From the NCBI GenBank assembly GCA_905479635.1, contig CAJQNG010000086.1:134-64133 (forward strand): a stretch of DNA of 64,000 bases, written 5' to 3'. Under the pieces are notes generated by a model. The model saw only the letters and a list, made by a program, of their open reading frames with translations. It ran no database searches and was not told the origin of the DNA. The DNA is from an uncultured Boseongicola sp. Its GTDB lineage: Bacteria; Pseudomonadota; Alphaproteobacteria; Rhodobacterales; Rhodobacteraceae. How positions within the stretch are numbered: position 1 is the stretch's first letter; each line of letters starts with the position of its first letter. Positions 58,967 to 64,000 of this stretch are shown in pieces. The position numbers were made by a program, and so were the translations under genes.

Positions 58967-59814
58967 GTCACGCTGCTTAGGAATTCCAGCACGCGCGCAG
59001 GGGCTGTGGCTTCGGTTTGCTGTTCTGGCGCGACGTCCCAGTAGTCGGACCCTTTGAGGCACTCGTGCAAGTACCGAGCCGCAGAGGTCGCGTGAAATCC
59101 GTCTGCACCCGGAACGATCAAAGTCGGGATATCCAACCGCATCAAGTCTTCGGGCTCCGCCCCTGGTGCGGTGTCGCGGTCAAACAGCCCCTTCATCATG
59201 CCATGGACGGTCAACAAATAATGCGGCAGGTCCAGCCCAACATAGCTCATAGCAAAATCATCCGAATTCCGGATCGGTTGACCCCAAGGCCCGCCACGCG
59301 GATCACCGCTAAAGTTCTTGTCGTGTGACTTCACTAGATCGACCACCGCCTGCAAACCGTTTTCCTCCGCGAATGCCAAGTGCCGGGCAAACCGTTGATG
59401 CGACCCGATCCGGTAACTCGCACCACCGACAGGCCAATACTGCACCATCGACAAGACGCGGTTTGGTTGCGCCGCGGCAAAGGCCGCGACCGGCGCGCAC
59501 CCCATGCAGCCGCCCATCAGATGCGCTTTTTCAAAGCCCAGATGATCCAAGAGCCCCGCACCCTGCCGCACATAATGATCCCAAGTAATCCGCTCGACAC
59601 GGCCGCCAGACAGACCATTCTCACGGCGGTCGAACAGGATGCAAGTAAACTTCAGCGGTAAATGGTTGAGCAGGCGAATGCGCTTATAGACCCCAAGGTC
59701 AGACCACTTACTAATCTGCGCATCAAAGCCGCCGGGCGCATACATCAACAGCGGCGGGCCCTTCCCGAGCACCTCATAATGCGTATCAATTCCGTCGATG
59801 TGAGCGGTTGGCAT
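58963..59814 (-). CDS. Alpha/beta hydrolase with Cys at the nucleophile elbow
   Basis: YEVLGKGPPLL, FDRRENG, GGCMG, PTLIVPGADGFH; start after GGAGG. Confidence 0.82.
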   Translation of the reverse strand: MPTAHIDGIDTHYEVLGKGPPLLMYAPGGFDAQISKWSDLGVYKRIRLLNHLPLKFTCILFDRRENGLSGGRVERITWDHYVRQGAGLLDHLGFEKAHLMGGCMGCAPVAAFAAAQPNRVLSMVQYWPVGGASYRIGSHQRFARHLAFAEENGLQAVVDLVKSHDKNFSGDPRGGPWGQPIRNSDDFAMSYVGLDLPHYLLTVHGMMKGLFDRDTAPGAEPEDLMRLDIPTLIVPGADGFHATSAARYLHECLKGSDYWDVAPEQQTEATAPARVLEFLSSVT

Positions 59815-59818
59815 GGCA

Positions 59819-60634
59819 CTACCTCCCCGGCTGTCCTTTGATCTGACGCCCAGACCGGACATCCTCAGCACATTCAGACAATGCGTCGTGAATAGTGCGC
59901 GCAATATTGGCATAGCCCGACGGTTCTTTATCAAGCGCGGCCACGTTATAGCCAACCGCCGCCTGCGCCAGCCGGACACGGCCATCCAACCAGGGACCAC
60001 CACCGAAGCCGCCGATCACCGGGATTGAAACGGCCTCGACCACCTTTGGGCCGATCACTGGGCCGGAGTTGGTGAAATCCAAAAGAACCGCGCCTGCAGC
60101 CTCCATCGCCTTGGCCTCAGCAATCAAACGCGCCTCCATGCCGGGCGCAGCCTCTGTAGCATCCGCTTGATTTTCATATGGAATCCCTGTCGCAAGGGCG
60201 GTTTGCGGCGTCAAGCCAAACTGCGCCCAGACCGGAATACCCGCACGGGTCAGCGCCTCAACTGCCTCCGGGTAGTCGGCCGCGCCATCAAGCTTCAGCA
60301 GGTCAATCCCCGCCTCCTTGACCAGACGGATTGCCGCCCGAAGGGCGCTATCCACACCTTCTTGCAAGGGCCCGTATGGGAAATCCGCCGACACCAGCGC
60401 GCGTTTAACACCGCGCCGCACCGCTTTGGTCACTATTATCATTTCGTCCATGGTGATCTCAAACATCGTGTCGTGGCCCCATAGGTTTTTGCCCACGGTA
60501 TCGCCGACCGACACGATATCAGCGCCAACACGGTCCGCAATCGCCGCCATATGGGTGTCCCAGGCGACAACGCCAAAAATCTTCTCACCCTTTTGTTTCT
60601 TCCGATGAAGATCGGGGATTGTGACTTTCGTCAT
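59819..60634 (-). CDS. Divergent PanB-like (ketopantoate hydroxymethyltransferase family) protein
   Basis: SVGDT, ITMDEMI, ADFPYG, KLDGA, FGLTPQ, IPVIG. Confidence 0.78.
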   Translation of the reverse strand: MTKVTIPDLHRKKQKGEKIFGVVAWDTHMAAIADRVGADIVSVGDTVGKNLWGHDTMFEITMDEMIIVTKAVRRGVKRALVSADFPYGPLQEGVDSALRAAIRLVKEAGIDLLKLDGAADYPEAVEALTRAGIPVWAQFGLTPQTALATGIPYENQADATEAAPGMEARLIAEAKAMEAAGAVLLDFTNSGPVIGPKVVEAVSIPVIGGFGGGPWLDGRVRLAQAAVGYNVAALDKEPSGYANIARTIHDALSECAEDVRSGRQIKGQPGR

Positions 60635-61617
60635 ATGACGAATTCCTCATAAGTTTCGGGAGCAAACATCTCATCAACTTCCAACTTGCGCGGTGAGAGG
60701 CCCTGTTCATGGTGATACCGCAGGAAAACATCCAACGTGGCGCGGTTTTTTTCCACGCCGTAAGGCCAAAAATCTTCGCCCATCAGATCGAACGCCTCTT
60801 CCACATGGGCGTTGAACCACGGCAACATTCCCTTAAGCGCCGCCGTTTCCTTAAGCCCGGCGTAGCAAAGGTTCTGTGCTTCACGAAACGCCTTGAACAG
60901 GTTCATCGCAACCCAGCGATTCTGCTCATAAACTTCGCGGCGGATCGCGATCACATGCATGATTGGAAAGATACCCGTGTCACGCCAATAGGCCTTTTCG
61001 ACCTCGACATAATTCGGGAACAAGCGCTTCACGCGCACCCCGTCATAGGTAGATGGCTTGCGCGCCGTATGGAAAGCGTCGATCCGGCCGTCTGCAAGCA
61101 TCTGCGCCAAGGTATCTTCCGGCCCGATCCGCTCTAACCGGAAGTTATCGGGCAACTCAATGCTGATTTTTTCCTCACGGTTTGGCGTTTCTTCGCCCCC
61201 CGTCACATAGGTTGGCCCGTCTACTGGAACACCGTAATGCTCGGACAGAATGCCTCTGATCCACACTGGCGCTGTCATTTGGTATTCAGGACAACCGAAC
61301 CGTTTACCGATCAGATCCTTGGGCTCGTTGACCCCTGCATCCGCATTCACATAGATGCAGGAATGCCGAAAGAATCGCGACGGGAACACCGGGATCGCCA
61401 CAAACGGCCGGTCTTGCTTGAAGTGCGAAACCACAAAGGACGACATCGACATTTCCGAGACGTCAAATTCCCGGAATTTCGCCATCCGAAAGAACGTCTC
61501 TTCGACGATCATATTGAGGAAGCGCAAATCAATGCCATCAGGCCGCACCCGGCCATCCATCAACGGTTGGACACGGTCATAGTCCCAACAGCCAAGAGTC
61601 ATTGATAATCTAGTCAT
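60631..61617 (-). CDS. 4,5-dihydroxyphthalate decarboxylase family protein
   Basis: WDYDRV..L.DGRV, EETFFR, FDVSEMSMSS, PVFPSRFFRH, PEYQMTA, IFPIMH, WPYG. Confidence 0.85.
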   Translation of the reverse strand: MTRLSMTLGCWDYDRVQPLMDGRVRPDGIDLRFLNMIVEETFFRMAKFREFDVSEMSMSSFVVSHFKQDRPFVAIPVFPSRFFRHSCIYVNADAGVNEPKDLIGKRFGCPEYQMTAPVWIRGILSEHYGVPVDGPTYVTGGEETPNREEKISIELPDNFRLERIGPEDTLAQMLADGRIDAFHTARKPSTYDGVRVKRLFPNYVEVEKAYWRDTGIFPIMHVIAIRREVYEQNRWVAMNLFKAFREAQNLCYAGLKETAALKGMLPWFNAHVEEAFDLMGEDFWPYGVEKNRATLDVFLRYHHEQGLSPRKLEVDEMFAPETYEEFVI

Positions 61618-61632
61618 AGTTCGCCCCTGGGC

Positions 61633-62622
61633 TTAGTAAAATTCGTCAAAGTGAAGCTGGTCCTGCGGGACGCCAGCTTCATGGGTCATCTTTTGGACGG
61701 CTGCGGACATGATAGCTGGCCCTGCGAAATAGATTTCGCAGTCTTTCAATGCAGCCCCCATATCCTCAAAAACCACGTCATGCAGATAGCCCTTCGGGCC
61801 GGTCCAAGTGGCATCTGGTTCGGATAGCGCGGCCACGAACCGCGCCGCCCCCGCCGCCTCTGCGCCAAGGACTGTCGCGTCGCAAAGATCACTCACGTCC
61901 CGACCACCATAGAACACATGCAATTTGCGCGTGCCCAGCATCCCTGCCTTGGCTACGCCTTTTGCGATTGATACAATTGGCGAGAGACCCGAGCCGCCAG
62001 CCAACAGCACGATATCACGCGGGCTATCTTCGCGCAGAAATGCAGTCCCGTAAGGTCCATCAATGGTGATCTTCGCACCCAGTTCTGACTCAAACAGCTG
62101 CCCCGTCGCCGCACCGCTTGGCATCTGTTTGATCATGAACTGCCACGTGCCGCCTGCACCAAGGTTGGACATCGAATAAGCCCGCGCGCCAGTAACGCCC
62201 GGAACATGAAGCAAAGCGTATTGTCCCGGGCGAAAGAACGGCACAGCATCGGCTTGGAACATGAATTGAGAAATATCGTGAGTGATCTTTTCGATCCCAG
62301 TCAGCTCTGCTTCAAAGGATTCAGGCCGATTGTAAGGCACATATTGATCCATGGCGCGGAACTTAACACTGCAGTCCCCGTTCGGAACGGCCTGACACCC
62401 CAACCAACGACCACGCTTTAGCTCGCGTTCTGACCATGCCGGCGCATCGTCACGCAAGTGCGTGACCTCACCGTCCAACAGTTGGAACCGGCAATTGCCG
62501 CATGACCCGGTATTGCAGGAATACGGCATGCCAATCCCTGCACGCAAAGCTGCGCGCAGGATTGTATCGCCTTCTTCGCAGTCGAATACATGCCCATCAG
62601 GGGTTTGAGTGATTGTGGGCAT
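61633..62622 (-). CDS. [2Fe-2S]-FAD-NAD(P)H oxygenase reductase
   Basis: PYSCNTGSCGNC...LGCQ, RAYS, GPYG, AGGSGLSP, FAGP, HFDEF. Confidence 0.92.
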   Translation of the reverse strand: MPTITQTPDGHVFDCEEGDTILRAALRAGIGMPYSCNTGSCGNCRFQLLDGEVTHLRDDAPAWSERELKRGRWLGCQAVPNGDCSVKFRAMDQYVPYNRPESFEAELTGIEKITHDISQFMFQADAVPFFRPGQYALLHVPGVTGARAYSMSNLGAGGTWQFMIKQMPSGAATGQLFESELGAKITIDGPYGTAFLREDSPRDIVLLAGGSGLSPIVSIAKGVAKAGMLGTRKLHVFYGGRDVSDLCDATVLGAEAAGAARFVAALSEPDATWTGPKGYLHDVVFEDMGAALKDCEIYFAGPAIMSAAVQKMTHEAGVPQDQLHFDEFY

Positions 62623-62635
62623 ATGTGGTTTCCGA

Positions 62636-63469
62636 TCAAACGTAGATGGGCTGGCGCAAGACATAGCCCATGCGCTGCGAAATTTCGTTCGCGGCTCCAG
62701 TCACCACCGGGGCAAGCTTGGGCACCTGAGCTTTTTTGATCCGAATACGCGGGCCCGCAACACCGACAGCTGCAACAAGTCGCCCTTCTGCATTGTAGAT
62801 CGGCGCCGCGACACAGCGCGTACCCTCATCGCAGTATTCGTCTTCAAAGGCATATCCGCGCCGCTTCACTTGGCGCAGCGATTGCAGAAATTCGTCTTTG
62901 TCGGTGATGGTATTGGGCGCACGCACGTCCCTTGGATACTGCAGGAATGTCTCCAGATCCGGCGCGCGCAATCCGGAAAGCAGGCAAAGCCCCTCTGCGG
63001 TGCAAAAAGCAGGTTTCAACTGCCCTGTGGCGGATCGAATGCGCAACGCCTGCGGGCTTTCTAAATCATGTAAGAACACAACGCTTTGACGGTCCAAAAC
63101 TGCAAGACGCACATTTTCCTGCGTTTTTTCGCGCAAGACATTCAGGATAGTCTTCGACTCATTTGTAACATCCAACCGCGAGCGCACTAAAGCCCCAAGC
63201 GAGAAAAGCCCCACACCAAGGCCGTAGCGACCACTCTCTGGGTCTTGCTGCAAAAGACCTTCATCCAACAGCGCGCCGGCAAGGCGGTGAACAGTACTTT
63301 TTGCAACGTTCAACCGCTTTGCAAGCTCGCTGATGCCAAGTGTTTCATCTTCTTCAGTGAATGTCTTCAAAAGATGAATCGCCGTTGTTACAGAAGACAG
63401 CCGCGATGCATTACGTCGTGGATTGCGGTTGATTTCTTTCCGTAATGGCCGCGGTACGTCATCAGTCAT
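62636..63469 (-). CDS. IclR family transcriptional regulator
   Basis: LGISELAKRLNVAKSTVHRL HTH, CTAEG, RRGYAF, CVAAPI; start moved to MTDDV downstream of operator. Confidence 0.92.
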   Translation of the reverse strand: MTDDVPRPLRKEINRNPRRNASRLSSVTTAIHLLKTFTEEDETLGISELAKRLNVAKSTVHRLAGALLDEGLLQQDPESGRYGLGVGLFSLGALVRSRLDVTNESKTILNVLREKTQENVRLAVLDRQSVVFLHDLESPQALRIRSATGQLKPAFCTAEGLCLLSGLRAPDLETFLQYPRDVRAPNTITDKDEFLQSLRQVKRRGYAFEDEYCDEGTRCVAAPIYNAEGRLVAAVGVAGPRIRIKKAQVPKLAPVVTGAANEISQRMGYVLRQPIYV

Positions 63470-63482
63470 TGCAAAGCGCCCT

Positions 63483-63507
63483 GTTCCATAAGGAAGAACT
63501 GCGTTCC
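63483..63507. promoter_or_regulatory. Putative IclR operator, site 6 (autoregulatory)
   Basis: GTTCC-ATAAGGA-AGAAC-TGC-GTTCC directly upstream of the IclR gene. Confidence 0.7.
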
Positions 63508-63544
63508 ACTCTTGCGGTCGGACGACCAACTGTCAACTGGTTGC

Positions 63545-64000
63545 TCAGATGTCATTATAATCGCTTTTCGGGAGGCTATGATGATGGTGATCTGAGCCAG
63601 TGGGTGGGGAAAACTGTATCCGATCCTGCCGGCGCGCGCCACGCGGATCGTCGGAAAACAGCAGGGATTTGACGGTGACAGGCACCGTGAAGGACGGCAG
63701 GCGTATTTTGCCCAGATCAATATAATCGAAATCACGTAAGCTTATGCCGTCCAATATCAGCAGATCGTTCTCAACACCAAGATCCTCTCGCAGGATACCC
63801 CCGAGCGTTTGCGCTATGTCCCCGTCGATCATCACATAAAGCCCCTGCCCGGCGGCAATACGGCCGGACAGAGCAGCTTGGATACCATCGGCCAATGCGC
63901 GAATGCGGGCGTATTCCGGCACCGTCTGGAATTCGAACGCCAGAACGACTTCGTGTTGAACTGGGTCCAGGTCAAAAGCTTCAAAATGCGCTTGGATCGC
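63545..64000 (-). CDS. Second EutA-like protein, 5'-truncated by window edge, His-rich tail
   Basis: Frame open to 64000; YARIRALA, GDIA..LG, DGISL..FDYIDLG, PVTVKSLLF align with 45633-47117; ends SDHHHH. Confidence 0.82.
   Translation of the reverse strand, partial: AIQAHFEAFDLDPVQHEVVLAFEFQTVPEYARIRALADGIQAALSGRIAAGQGLYVMIDGDIAQTLGGILREDLGVENDLLILDGISLRDFDYIDLGKIRLPSFTVPVTVKSLLFSDDPRGARRQDRIQFSPPTGSDHHHHSLPKSDYNDI

Noticed and set aside
63528-63543. AACTGTCAACTGGTTG resembling the island 1 operator
   Set aside because: Only a half match, not the full palindrome, and lies beside an IclR-type site
1-64000. rRNA, tRNA, CRISPR array, prophage or defence genes
   Set aside because: None recognisable by eye; nearly all sequence is accounted for by metabolic genes. 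Covariance-model searches were not run

Overview
GC-rich, alphaproteobacterial-looking (Rhodobacteraceae-like by inference) accessory region made of two catabolic islands joined by a scar of mobile-element debris. Island 1 (1-28.7 kb) is a GntR-associated cluster with ten amide/cyclic-amide hydrolases, a racemase, three MmgE/PrpD proteins, two ICL-family lyases, an AtuA-like/DUF4387 pair, SnoaL proteins and a TRAP transporter; three of its divergent promoters share the palindrome CTGTCAACAGTTGAC. The junction (28.7-33.1 kb) holds DUF3489/DUF2924 remnants, an SDR and a creatininase-family gene, a broken IS6, an out-of-context adk and an IS3/GlpA chimeric remnant. Island 2 (33.1-64 kb, continuing past the window) is tied together by six copies of a tripartite GTTCC-N7-GGAAC-N3-GTTCY site next to an IclR gene. 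It encodes LigJ/LigK, two 4,5-dihydroxyphthalate-decarboxylase-like proteins, a Rieske ferredoxin and a ferredoxin reductase but no recognisable Rieske or di-iron oxygenase; instead it has three related cupins, two EutA-like ATPases without EutBC, and a CobW GTPase. That cupin/EutA-like/ferredoxin module is the best candidate for an undescribed system. No rRNA, tRNA or CRISPR array was seen. All products are assigned by motif recognition, not by database search.
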